Positions 12,356 through 23,958 of a DNA stretch of 64,000 nucleotides are shown here, in pieces. The stretch spans positions 5,315,956 to 5,379,955 of the forward strand of contig NC_081367.1 of assembly GCF_030684315.1 (NCBI RefSeq). Reading direction: 5' to 3'. The position numbers and the translations under genes are program-made. The stretch's first letter is position 1, and the number at the start of each line of letters is the position of its first letter. This DNA is from Stegostoma tigrinum (lineage: Eukaryota). The notes beneath the pieces were generated by a model. That model did no database searches. It saw only the letters and a program-made list of their open reading frames with translations, and was not told where the DNA came from.

Positions 12356-15129
12356 TTGGAATTTAGAAGATCAAAAGGAAATCTTAATATAATAGACAAG
12401 ATTCTCAAGGACTAGATATGTGGATACTATAGGTCATCATTTTTCCTTGTAGACTAGAAATAGGCGACACTGTTTAGCAGATCAGGAGGAATATTTTGAG
12501 AGGCGTTTGTGCGTGGAATTGTCTTCATGTTACTAGCCAGCTTTCTCAATGTTGTCTGTATCTTTTACCTCTTTAGTCACTCCTAGTGGTTTTTAACCTC
12601 TATTCAGACTTTTGACCTACTACTTGTCTCTGCAGATTTGCACAGTATGTCTTTCTTCTTGTTGCTTGCCGCTTCAACGCACCACTGTGTTCCCCGGCCA
12701 ACATCTTTGTCTCGGGCTTGTTGTTGTGATTGCCGGAATAGTTGCTAATAGGTGAACAGAAGCCTGAGTCACCAGTTGTGAATTGGGTGCGGTTCAAAAA
12801 TGGATAGAAACAAACAGTACGGGCTGATGGATAGAACAGAGCACATAGTTTGAGAATTCTGTGCAGGTGAGGTGCTGCTTTTTGTCTCCATTTCTTGTCA
12901 AGGTTTATACTGCAGGCAAATATTTAATTTAGTAACTTAGATTAGTTAAAATAATTAGTTAAAAGACAAAAATGTATAAATTGATTAAAAACGCAGATTA
13001 TTCAATAAACAAAATAAGGTCATTGATACAGCAGGGACCTCTGGTATAGTGGCAGTGTCCCTATCTCTGAGCAAAGTGGCCTGGGTTTAAGTCCCACCTG
13101 CATGAGAGATGTCAGGCCATGATGCTCTTGAACAGGTTGATTCAAAAACATTTTGGACTACCTTAGCCTGGCTGACAAATTAGCAGAAGCTGGAGGCCAC
13201 GGTCTTAGCTCATCTAGGCTGCTGGCCAGAACTGCTCTGAGTCCTATCCTACAGGTGCCAAGTGCTGGTCATTAACCAGCTGGTGGCCTCCATGATGTGG
13301 TAGTGCTGGTCCCTTTGACCCCTCCCTCTAGCCCTGTTACAAAAATCTGGTGGGTGTTGCTTCACCTCTTCGGGTACAAGAGATGTATTGGGTCACAGGA
13401 CATGGTGAAAGTCTCCCCCTTGAAGAGGGTGTTCAGTTGGTTTCTCCCCACACCCATATGTGGCAACTTTCCACCTTCAGACCCTGCAGCGATACCTTTC
13501 CGTCAAGCCATCACCTGGAAAGTGCTCTCAGGCAACATATTCCTTCTGTTGCATGCACAATCTCAGTGACAACATGTAGCTCCTGTTCATGCACAGTGAG
13601 GGTCTTTATGAGAACCTGATCAACATGTGGAATACGGTTAATTTACACCCAGCTCTTGCTGCTGTCAGGAGTAGCGGTTATCGCCAGAGAGCCACTGATC
13701 AGGAATCTACACTTCTTTTATCACAGGCTCGAGTGCCTGGAGGAGGGAGAGCCTTGTTTGGGGGGGTGAACAGAGTTGGGAACATGCTGGGTGGCAGGGG
13801 CCTGGGCTAGATGTTCCTTCAGGAATTGGCAAGCAGGATGGCAGTGGACGCCCAGCTTGTGGCCAATGCTGTCCATCGACTGAAAAGGCTGTGCTCAGAT
13901 CTGGTGCTGTGCAAGGGTTGAAGGACACTCTAGCGAGCAGTGTGACCCCATCTGTGTGTACCTCTGCTCAGAATTCTGCAACATCTCCAGGTTCCAGAAG
14001 GTCTCTCAGGAGCCCACACTCCACAAACTGAACCACCTGGTGCAGAGTCCCTGTGTCCTTCCATCTGGTGCAGAGAAGTACCACTACATTAAAAGATCTA
14101 AAGGACAGGGGCAGCTAATACATAGCAACGCCACCAGCTGCAAGTTCCCTCCATGCCGCTCTGACTTGGAAATGTATCGTTGTTCCTTCAGTGTCACTGG
14201 GTCAGAATCGTGAACCACCCTTCCTTATAGCATTGTAGGTATTCCTACACTACACAGACTGCAGCGGCTCAGGAAGGCCTTTGAAAGCAATTGGAGATGG
14301 GAAGTAAACACTGTAGTGAATGTCATATCCTGTAGAACAATGTTTTAAACATCCTTTCCCTGATACATGCACACATGGAGTTCTGATAGCACCCTTGCAA
14401 ATCTCCTTCACACTCTCTCCCATTTTGGAATACAACCAGAATTACATACAGTGCTGCTGAATGTGGGCAAACCAAGGTTTGATCCAGATTTCATGTCAGC
14501 TCCCTACTTTTCAATTCTATCCCTCTGGAAATAATGCCAAGTGCTTGTTTATTTCTTTTATGGCATTGCTAACCTATGGCATGACTTCTGACTATTGGTA
14601 CATTAAGATTCTTGAGATTCTTTAGTTCCTCAAATTGCACCTTACAAGTGACCCTTTGTGACCTCTTTTTCCTACAGGTACTACCTGACGTTTACTTGTG
14701 ATGAGCTTCATTTGCTACTTTTCTTTTCCAAATTTGAGTTCAAACTCCAAGGCAATACAAGCACTATCCTTGTCAGGTCTCCTGTGGAGCAGATCTAGTC
14801 ACCAAAACAAAGCTGGCAATACCAAGGACAATGAAGATACTAGTGATCATCAGAAGACAGACTCAAAAATAGAAACTAGAGGAGTACGCCATTGAGGCTT
14901 TTGAGCCTGTTCTACCATTTAATATGATCTTGGGCTAATCATCCAATTCAGTACCCTGTTCCTGCTTGCTCCCCACACCCTTTGACCCCTTCAGCCCTCA
15001 GAATTACATCTAACCCTTTCTTGAAAACATTCAAAGTTTTGGCCCCCCCACCATTTGTAGAATGTGGTAAATCCAGGTCATTTATATGAAAGTACAAGGT
15101 AAGGGCTGTGGAATGCAATTTTCAAAGAA

Positions 15130-15490
15130 AGAACTCACACTGGTATAGCACATATCACTTCCTGATGTCTCAAACTACTTGACAACAATTCAAGCATCTG
15201 CCACAAGTAGTAACAGTATTTTATTTTGTGATAACACGGCGTGAAGCTGGATGAACACAGCAGGCCAAGCAGCATCAGAGGAGCAGGAAAGTTTGACGTT
15301 TCGGGTCGGGACCTATTTTGTGATTGTTTATTGAGGGACAAATATTGGCCGAGACACACAGAAGGAAACCCATTCCTCTTCAAAGGGAGGGATGATAACA
15401 AGATCCAGGTTTAAAGTTCTATTCTGAGCTCTGGCCAGTGAAGTAATAAGTGAACATCTCTGGCCCGAATGCTACCACGTAGCCATGGCT
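15130..15490 (-). mobile_element. Old DeuSINE-like SINE, interrupted by an ~80-bp PLE 3' fragment (15233-15313)
   Basis: Similar to 47100-47520 in reverse. The PLE insert is flanked by the direct repeat TATTTTGTGAT (15222-15232 / 15314-15324). Confidence 0.55.
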
Positions 15491-16269
15491 GCAGATACCA
15501 GGCATTTTTTTTCCCTTTTCAACAGAACGTGTTTGATTAGAATTATCTGTTTGGTCTGAAAGGGTTAAGGCTAGGATATTGATACTAAAACCAGGATTGA
15601 TTTAACAAGAAAACTATCCTAGACTTAACTCTTGCTTCTCTCTCTCCACAAATGCTGCCATATCTGCTGAGTTTTTCCAGCACTTTTTTAAAATTTCAGA
15701 TTTAAGAAATAGACATTGCTACAGTTGGGTGATTAGATTCACAGAATGGTTACATGGGAGGCCATTCAGTTAGTATTCAAACAAGCTGAAAGTCTTCCTT
15801 TGTCCAAAACTCTCTGAAAACGTGCAACAAAACGAACAACAAATGCTAGCGCCAAACTTAGAAGCTAATCAAATCCACAACAAATTTTAGGCAGGCTACA
15901 GCAATCACTGAAAACCTACAACTGAAAACCAGTCAAACAAATGCAAAACCTAAAAGCTGCATGCTGAGGAATCGGTCTCAAGTCTGCAGAAATAAACCAT
16001 CAAACCATCTGCTTTAGAGTGGATTTCTTTTCTAAATCCAAGGGTTTAACAAAATGAAGAGAAACAGCCTCAATCCCAGCAAAACAAACTATCCAGAGGG
16101 AGGAATGTGAGAGCCACTGTCCTGTGATACTAGGAGGCCCTCCAATAAAAAAGCCAACATCTGAAGCAGAACCAATTCTCAAAAACCTCCCCACCTCACC
16201 CCCAGGGGAAAAACACTGGAAAAAATGAAATCATCGAAATTCAGATAAAGCAGCAGCAGTGGAACTCCT

Positions 16270-16665
16270 GGGAGATAGAGGGAAGGAAGAGACTGAGAGG
16301 AGAGGATAGAGGAGAGGAGGGGGAGACGGAGGAGAGGACGGGGAAAGAGGGGGTGATCAAGAAGAGGATGGGGGTAAGGGGAAGATTGGAGAGAGGATGC
16401 AGGGAAGGGGAGACAAAGAAGAGGATGGGGGCAAAGAAGACAGAGGAGGATGGGGGAATGGGGAGACGGAGGAGGGGATGAGTGGAGGGGTTGACGGAGA
16501 AGAAGACAGAGGGAAGGGGAGGAGACAGAGTAGAGGACAGAAGGGAGGCAAGGAGGAGACAGAGGAGAGAACAGGGGAAGGGACAGGGAGGCAGAGGAGA
16601 GGGGAGGAGGGCACGGAAGCGACAGAGAGAGGAGGGGATAGAGAGTTGGGGACAGGAGTGGGGCA
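16270..16665 (+). repeat. Purine-rich (GA) low-complexity tract
   Basis: About 400 bp almost entirely G/A with recurring GGAGAC(G/A)GAG(G) motifs. Confidence 0.9.
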
Positions 16666-17989
16666 TAGCAGTCTCCAGGTGAGTTTCGAAATAGAATGAG
16701 CCAACGCTGGGCAGACTTGCTCTTCCATCGACACAACAACATGGCTTAAACTAGAGGCAAAGGACACGTTTAGGTTACACTGACCTCTTGCTCCGGGACG
16801 TGCGGCAAATTAAACTTCCTGCCTTATTTTCAAGAAGCCTGTGACTCTAGGGGTGGTTGATTTTTTTTTCTGTCTTTTTTAACTGCGGCTGTTCCTTCAG
16901 TGATTGAGTTCCAGATGTGCTTTCACCGCCTTCTACGCCGCCTCTCCCTCTCTGCTCTCTCCCCTTTTATGGTGAGATGATTTTTACAGCACATAAATCC
17001 GTTTGTAAATCGCGTTAAAATGCCTCTGGGTTTCCAGCAACTTTCGCAAGCAGCCCCATATATGGAAAAGAGGATGAGTTCCGATCGGAGGCTCCAGCCA
17101 TATCCACTGTCTCGAGTGCTCACCAATCCTCTTCAGGCACAAAGAACAGACAACCCCAGTATTACAAAACAAGGTTTTTCGCTCTCCCACTCTTGGCATC
17201 TCACACTAAACACAGGAAGATATGTTTCTTGGAGAGACACTGCCGCTTTCTGGCCAACTGAAAATGAAGTGAAAAGGACTTTGTTCTTTAAAACACGAAA
17301 TGTTTCGTCCAAAGGTTAAAAGCGTGTATCTGTTTGAAATTAAAACACGTTGGTTTTATTATACACAATTTCTACTTGCAGATAAATACAGGAAATATAA
17401 AAAGCACACATGTATTACACAGTTAAACAAGATACATGCGATTACAACATGCAGGGTATACAAATGCATATACAACATACAGTGCATTCACATTACAATT
17501 AGAATTTGCTTTATTGTCAAATGGGGGTACACATTTAAATGGAACATATACAGTATACACACATTCACATACAGCATATCGGATACACAGTTAAATGGCT
17601 GGTTCAAACATCAGTTCAAGTGGAATGGGTTTCAACTTTATGGGGAAGTAGCACCAGTGCTGGGGTAGAAGAGAGCTGTTCCGCTGGGATGGGCTTCACT
17701 TGAACCATGCTGGGATCAGTGCCCTGCTGAAACACTTAGCTAGAGCTGCAGAAAGGGCTTTAAGCTAATTACAGCAGGGAGGGTTTGGGAGAAGGGAAAT
17801 GTAGGCTTACAATGTAAGAGGATGTTGCAACATTAATGGGCAGCTATTTACAGAATAACACCCAAAGTGGGGCAGAAAGGAATAGCATGCACAAATTTTA
17901 AAAAAACAGCAAATAAGATCAAAGGAGGAAAAAGACAAAATTAATGTTTCTTTATTTAATCGAACAGAGTTTTCTGATGAAAATAAATG

Positions 17990-18441
17990 ATACACTTAAT
18001 GGTAGGGTCCTGGGAAATGTTGCTGAACAAAAAGACCATGGGGTGCAGGTCAACACTTCATTGAAGGTGAAGTCACAGCTAGGCTGGGGAGCAAAGAAGG
18101 TGTTTGTATGCTTGCCTTTATTGGTTAATGCATTTGAGTATTGAAGTTGGAAGGTCATGTTGTAGCTGCACAAGACACTGGTTAGGACTCTGGGAATAAT
18201 GTATTCAATTCTGGTCTCCCTGCTATATGAAAGATGTTGTGAAACTTGAAAGGGCTCAGAAAAGATTATAAGGATGTTGCCAGGTTTGGAGAGTTTGAGC
18301 TATAGGGAGACGCTGAATACACTGGGGTTATTTTAGGTGCACGTATGGAGTAGGCTGCCAGAGAAAGTGGTGGAGGTGGGTACAATTACAACATTTAGAA
18401 GGCATCTGGATGGGTACATAAATAGGAAAGGTTTAGAGAGA
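17990..18441 (+). mobile_element. CR1 LINE 3' fragment, host of the PLE insertion; resumes at 21140-21265
   Basis: CR1 ORF2 C-terminal remnants. AAGGTTTAGAGAGA is duplicated on both sides of the PLE and the CR1 tail continues after it. Confidence 0.8.
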
Positions 18442-18536
18442 GATAATGGGAACTGCAGATGCTGGAGATTCCAAGATAATAAAATGTGAGGCTGGATGAA
18501 CACAGCAGGCCAAGCAGCATCTCAGGAGCACAAAAA

Positions 18537-18568
18537 CTGACGTTTCGGGCCTAGACCCTTCATCAGAG
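18537..18568 (-). ncRNA. Minimal hammerhead ribozyme motif (left arm)
   Basis: Reverse complement reads CT-CTGATGA-AGGGTCTAGGCCC-GAAA-CGTC-AG. Confidence 0.8.
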
Positions 18569-18790
18569 AGGGGGATGGGGGGAGGGAACTGGAATAAATA
18601 GGGAGAGAGGGGGAGGCGGACCGAAGATGGAGAGTAAAGAAGATAGGTGGAGAGAGTGTAGGTGGGGAGGTAGGGAGGGGATAGGTCAGTCCAGGAGAGA
18701 CGGACAGGTCAAGGAGGTGGGATGAGGTTAGTAGGTAGCTGGGGGTGCGGCTTGGGGTGGGAGGAAGGGATGGGTGAGAGGAAGAACCGG

Positions 18791-20482
18791 TTAGGGAGGC
18801 AGAGACAGGTTGGACTGGTTTTGGGATGCAGTGGGTGGGGGGGAAGAGCTGGGCTGGTTGTGTGGTGCAGTGGGGGGAGGGGATGAACTGGGCTGGTTTA
18901 GGGATGCAGTAGGGGAAGGGGAGATTTTGAAACTGGTGAAGTCCACATTGATACCATATGGCTGCAGGGTTCCCAGGCGGAATATGAGTTGCTGTTCCTG
19001 CAACCTTCGGGTGGCATCATTGTGGCACTGCAGGAGGCCCATGATGGACATGTCATCAAGAGAATGGGAGGGGGAGTGGAAATGGTTTGCGACTGGGAGG
19101 TGCAGTTGTTTGTTGCGAACTGAGCGGAGGTGTTCTGCAAAGCAGTCCCCAAGCCTCCGCTTGGTTTCCCCAATGTAGAGGAAGCCGCACCGGGTACAGT
19201 GGATGCAGTATACCACATTGGCAGATGTGCAGGTGAACCTCTGCTTGATGTAGAATGTCATCTTGGGGCCTGGGATGGGGGTGAGGGAGGAGGTGTGGGG
19301 ACAAGTGTAGCATTTCCTGCGGTTGCAGGGGAAGGTGCCGGGTGTGGTGGGGTTGGAGGGCAGTGTGGAGCGAACAAGGGAGTCACGGAGAGAGTGGTCT
19401 CTCCGGAAAGCAGACAGGGGAGGGGATGGAAAAATGTCTTGGGTGGTGGGGTTGGATTGTAAATGGCGGAAGTGTCGGAGGATAATGCGTTGTATCCGGA
19501 GGTTGGTAGGGTGGTGTGTGAGAACGAGGGGGATCCTCTTGGGGCGGTTGTGGCGGGGGCGGGGTGTGAGGGATGTGTCGCGGGAAATGCGGGAGACGCA
19601 GTCAAGGGCGTTCTCGATCACCGTGGGGGGAAAGTTGCGGTCCTTAAAGAACTTGGACATCTGGGATGTGCGGGAGTGGAATGTCTTATCGTGGGAGCAG
19701 ATGCGGCGGAGGCGGAGGAATTGGGAATAGGGGATGGAATTTTTGCAGGAGGGTGGGTGGGAGGAGGTGTATTCTAGGTAGCTGTGGGAGTCGGTGGGCT
19801 TGAAATGGACATCAGTTACAAGCTGGTTGCCTGAGATGGAGACTGAGAGGTCCAGGAAGGTGAGGGATGTGCTGGAGATGGCCCAGGTGAACTGAAGGTT
19901 GGGGTGGAAGGTGTTGGTGAAGTGGATGAACTGTTCGAGCTCCTCTGGGGAGCAAGAGGCGGCGCCGATACAGTCATCAATGTACCGGAGGAAGAGGTGG
20001 GGTTTGGGGCCTGTGTAGGTGCGGAAGAGGGACAGTTCCACGTAACCTACAAAGAGGCAGGCATAGCTGGGGCCCATGCGGGTGCCCATGGCCACCCCCT
20101 TAGTCTGTAGGAAGTGGGAGGAGTCAAAAGAGAAGTTGTTGAGTGTGAGGACGAGTTCAGCTAGGCGGTTGAGAGTGTTGGTGGAGGGGGCCTGGTCGGG
20201 CCTGCGGGACAGGAAGAAGCGGAGGGCCTTGAGGCCATCTCCATGCGGAATGCAGGTGTACAGGGACTGGACGTCCATGGTGAATATGAGGTGTTGGGGG
20301 CCAGGGAATTGGAAGTCCTGGAGGAGGTGGAGGGCGTGGGTGGTGTCACGGACATAGGTGGGGAGTTCCTGGACCAAAGGGGAGAAAATGGAGTCCAGGT
20401 AGGTGGAGATGAGTTCGGTGGGGCAGGAGCAGGCTGAGACGATGGGTCGACCAGGGCAGGCAGGTTTGTGGATTTTGGGCAG
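18791..20482 (-). CDS. PLE reverse transcriptase + GIY-YIG endonuclease ORF (5'-truncated, no internal stops)
   Basis: Motifs LPKIHK, TMDVQSLYT, QTKGVAMGTRMGPSYA, FLRYIDD, Cys-rich linker CNRRKCYTC, and VVYCIHCTRCGFLYIGET. The ORF-track residues upstream of LPKIHK come from the inverted arm. Confidence 0.92.
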   Translation of the reverse strand: MPKIHKPACPGRPIVSACSCPTELISTYLDSIFSPLVQELPTYVRDTTHALHLLQDFQFPGPQHLIFTMDVQSLYTCIPHGDGLKALRFFLSRRPDQAPSTNTLNRLAELVLTLNNFSFDSSHFLQTKGVAMGTRMGPSYACLFVGYVELSLFRTYTGPKPHLFLRYIDDCIGAASCSPEELEQFIHFTNTFHPNLQFTWAISSTSLTFLDLSVSISGNQLVTDVHFKPTDSHSYLEYTSSHPPSCKNSIPYSQFLRLRRICSHDKTFHSRTSQMSKFFKDRNFPPTVIENALDCVSRISRDTSLTPRPRHNRPKRIPLVLTHHPTNLRIQRIILRHFRHLQSNPTTQDIFPSPPLSAFRRDHSLRDSLVRSTLPSNPTTPGTFPCNRRKCYTCPHTSSLTPIPGPKMTFYIKQRFTCTSANVVYCIHCTRCGFLYIGETKRRLGDCFAEHLRSVRNKQLHLPVANHFHSPSHSLDDMSIMGLLQCHNDATRRLQEQQLIFRLGTLQPYGINVDFTSFKISPSPTASLNQPSSSPPPTAPHNQPSSSPPPTASQNQSNLSLPP

Positions 20483-21048
20483 AACACCTCCGCTCAGTTC
20501 GCAACAAACAACTGCACCTCCCAGTCGCAAACCATTTCCACTCCCCCTCCCATTCTCTTGATGACATGTCCATCATGGGCCTCCTGCACTGCCACAATGA
20601 TGCCACCCGAAGGTTGCAGGAACAGCAACTCATATTCCGCCTGGGAACCCTGCAGCCATTTGGTATCAATGTGGACTTCACCAGTTTCAAAATCTCCCCT
20701 TCCCCTACTGCATCCCTAAACCAGCCCAGTTCGTCCCCTCCCCCCACTGCACCACACAACCAGCCCAGCTCTTCCCCTCCACCCACTGCATCCCAAAACC
20801 AGTCCAACCTGTCTCTGCCTCCCTAACCTGTTCTTCCTCTCACCCATCCCTTCCTCCCACCCCAAGCCGCACCCCCAGCTACCTACTAACCTCATCCCAC
20901 CTCCTTGACCTGTCCGTCTTCCCTGGACTGACCTATCCCCTCCCTACCTCCCCACCTACACTCTCTCCACCTATCTTCTTTACTCTCCATCTTCAGTCCG
21001 CCTCCCCCTCTCTCCCTATTTATTCCAGTTCCCTCCCCCCATCCCCCT

Positions 21049-21080
21049 CTCTGATGAAGGGTCTAGGCCCGAAACGTCAG
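21049..21080 (+). ncRNA. Minimal hammerhead ribozyme motif (right arm)
   Basis: CTGATGA 21051-57; stem II GGGT/GCCC with CTAG loop; GAAA 21071-74; palindromic ACGT; predicted cleavage after GTC at 21078. Confidence 0.8.
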
Positions 21081-21389
21081 CTTTTGTGCTCCTGAGATGC
21101 TGCTTGGCCTGCTGTGTTCATCCAGCCTCACATTTTATTAAGGTTTAGAGAGATATGGGCTGAATGGCAAATGGCACCAGATTTATTTAGAATATCTAGT
21201 CAACATGGACAAGTTGGACCAAAGGGTCTGTTTTTGTGCTGTACAACTCTATGACAATGACTCTATTAAATAACAGCACAAACAGAGATCAATGAGCATG
21301 ATCTTACAGCCATTACAGAGACATGGTTACTAGGAGATCAAAGCTAGGAATAGAGTCATAATGGTGAGAATGACACAAAGAAATTATAT

Positions 21390-21720
21390 AGAATCAAAGA
21401 ATAGAATCTCTAAAAAGTGGAAGCAGGCCATTCAACCCATCAACTCCACACCGACCCTCCGAAGAGCGTCCCATACAGACCCACCCTACTAACCCATCCC
21501 TGCACATCCCTGGACACTAGAAGCAATTTTGCATGACTAATCTACCTAACCTGCGCATCTTTGGACTGTGGGAGGAAACCGGAGCACCCAGAGGAAACCC
21601 ACACAGACACAGGGAGAATGTGCAAACTCCACGCAGACCGTTACCCAAAGCTGGAATTAATACCAGGTCCCTGGCACTGGGAGGCAGCAGTACTAACCAA
21701 TAAGCTACCATGCCACCCAG
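21390..21720 (-). mobile_element. HE1-type V-SINE
   Basis: tRNA-like head plus V-domain GTGGAGTTTGCACATTCTCCC...GGTTTCCTCCCACAGTCCAAAGATG and a CR1-like tail. Confidence 0.85.
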
Positions 21721-21799
21721 GTTAAATAAACAGGCAAAACTTGTCACATGGAATATAATGTGGAAAAATTTGAGATTATGCACTTTGGCATGAAGATTG

Positions 21800-22830
21800 C
21801 ACGGTGCATTGTAGTGAGATTCTGCTGGTGTTGATGGCACGGTGCCTCATGACTGCCCAGTTCTGAGTTGCTAGATCGACTCAAAAGTCTGTCCTATTTA
21901 GCACAGTGATCATGCCATACAAAACGATGTAGGATCCACTGTAAAGACATGGCTTAATCTCCACAAGGACTATGCGGAAGTACTCCTTTTGATATTGTCA
22001 GGGACAGATGCTTCTGCAGCCAGCAAATTGGTGAAGATGTGGTCAAGAAATCCACCATCTGCTACCTCAATGTCCTTCTAGGACTCGACCAGCAGAATCA
22101 GTAATGCTCCTGTTGGGCAACTTTGCCAATGAGCATTGAAATACCTGCCCAGAGAGCACTCTGTCATCCTCAATGGTGTTCAACATGAAGGAGTATTGAT
22201 TGATCAGCCGAAGGGACTTCATGTGTCATTATCAGTAGGAGTTTTCCTTGTCAATATTTGACATGATGGCATGTAAGTTCATGGGGCCCAGTCTTCTCAG
22301 GTAACTCTCTCCCATGGGACAGGACATAACCAGGGATGGTGATTACAGTGTCTGGGCATTATTTGTAAGACGCTATGTCAAGGCTGTTGTTTGACTAGTC
22401 AATTTTGGCACAAATCCCCAGATGTTAGCAAGGAGGACTTTACGGGGTCTGCAGGACTGTATGTGCCACTGTCATTTCCAATACCTAGGTTGCTGTCAGA
22501 TTGTCGATCCACTTCCACTGTTTTCTTGAGATTTGCTACCTGTTGATACAATGGAATTACTAAGCCATTTCTAAGGGCAGTTAACAGTCAACCACATCAT
22601 GAGTCACATCTCGGCCAGACCATCTAGGTAGTTGTCCTTCCCTAAAGGACATTAGTGAACTAGTTGCATTTTTTTGACAATTGATGATGGTTTCATGGCC
22701 GTCATTAGACTTTCAATTCTATTTTCTTGTTGAATTTACCACCATCTGTCATCATGGAATTCAAACCCAAGTCTCCAGAACCTGACCTCATCTGGTCCAG
22801 TGACAACCACAAGTAAGCCAATGCCACTCC
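21800..22830 (-). mobile_element. 5' portion of an APE-type LINE that begins with a tRNA-like SINE head
   Basis: Reverse strand encodes VLLANIWGFVPKL..LVKQQP and ITIPGYVLSH (APE N-terminus). Positions 22570-22830 match the SINE copies at 23959, 28890, 31050 and 40240. Confidence 0.65.
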
Positions 22831-22937
22831 ACTCCTGTTCTGTCAATAGCATATCTTTTTTCGCTGTTTAGCATGCATGGAGTCCTGTTTTGCTGCATGT
22901 ACAGATTCATTAGTTTGGCATCTCATTTTTCAACATT

Positions 22938-23364
22938 GCAGTAGGGGGAGGGGAGGTTTTGAAGCTTGTGAAATCCTTCAAAATCCCCCTATTGCATCCC
23001 AAAACCAGCCCAGCTCATCCCCGCCTCCTTAACCCGTTCTTCCTCTCACCTATCCCCTCCTCCCATCTCAAACCGTACCCCTATCTCCTACCTACTAACC
23101 TCATCCTGCCCCCTTGACCTGTCCATCCTACCTACACTCACCTTTACTGGCTCCATCCCTGCATCTTTTACTTGTCTGTCCCCACTCCACCTATCTTCTC
23201 CTCTACCCATCTTCAATCCGCCTCCCCCTCTCTCCCCATTTATTTCAGAACCCTCTTCCCCTCCCCCATTTCTGATGAAGGGTCTCAGCCCGAAACGTCA
23301 GCTTTCCTGCTCCTGAGATGCTGCTTGGTCTGCTGTGTTCATCCAGCTCCACACCTTGTTATCA
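22938..23364 (+). mobile_element. PLE 3' fragment with short inverted stub and hammerhead motif at 23270-23301
   Basis: Matches the PLE 3' UTR; contains CTGATGA-AGGGTCTCAGCCC-GAAA-CGTC-AG. Confidence 0.85.
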
Positions 23365-23958
23365 TAGATTTTTTTGTCACCAGCGCAGAGATGATAGTAC
23401 TTTATATTTCCTACATTCCTGTAATTGTCTTCCCAAAAGGGAGGAATGTGGAAGTTGGGGTTGTCACTATATATTTTTAAGGCTCAGTTAATAAGATACT
23501 TGATTGACAAGACTGTGAAAAGATACAGAGGTAGGCAGCAAGTTAGAGTTGTAGCCACAGTAAAGTCAGCATGACAGGCCTGAATCAGATTAGTTATGAT
23601 TTGATCAAAAGATGCTAGAGGCTCAAGAAGCCTATTCCAGTTCCTAATAGGTGATGTTCATATATGTGTATGTGTTACAATGGCAGGCATGATGCTAAGT
23701 ATTTAATTGGCTGTAAAGCACTTGGGAATATTCTATGATTTTGAAAAATACTATATAAATGCAAGCTCTTCTTTTCAAGCTTTTCTATTTCATGTCTTTC
23801 CTATGGCAGCAAAAATAATGCACATTTTTCTATTCGGTTAGGTTGAATGTGCTATTCTTTAACTTGTCTGTCTCAGTCTTTCTTTTTGTTTGTCAAACCT
23901 ACTTTTTAGTATCTTCAACAAACATTCACATTGTCCTGCAAACGCAAATATATTATAA

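Larger units (their letters stand above)
18442..21139. mobile_element. Young Penelope-like element, 5'-truncated, with inverted 3' arm and 14-bp TSD
   Basis: - arm 18442-20482 and + arm 20479-21139 are nearly identical over ~660 bp, with GCAG microhomology at the junction. TSD AAGGTTTAGAGAGA at 18428-18441 and 21140-21153. Confidence 0.95.

Noticed and set aside
13150-14090. Possible L1/Tx1-like remnant or unknown exon
   Set aside because: GC-richer and transposon-like in appearance, but I could not read a diagnostic motif or a consistent splice/frame pattern.
16179-16767. Several 100-187 aa ORFs on both strands
   Set aside because: By-products of the stop-poor GA-rich tract; low-complexity translations with no recognisable domain.
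18810-20807. Many overlapping antisense and alternative-frame ORFs over the PLE (also at 114-1676 and 34325-35775)
   Set aside because: Shadows of the C-rich PLE ORF and UTR; only the RT/GIY-YIG frame has conserved motifs.
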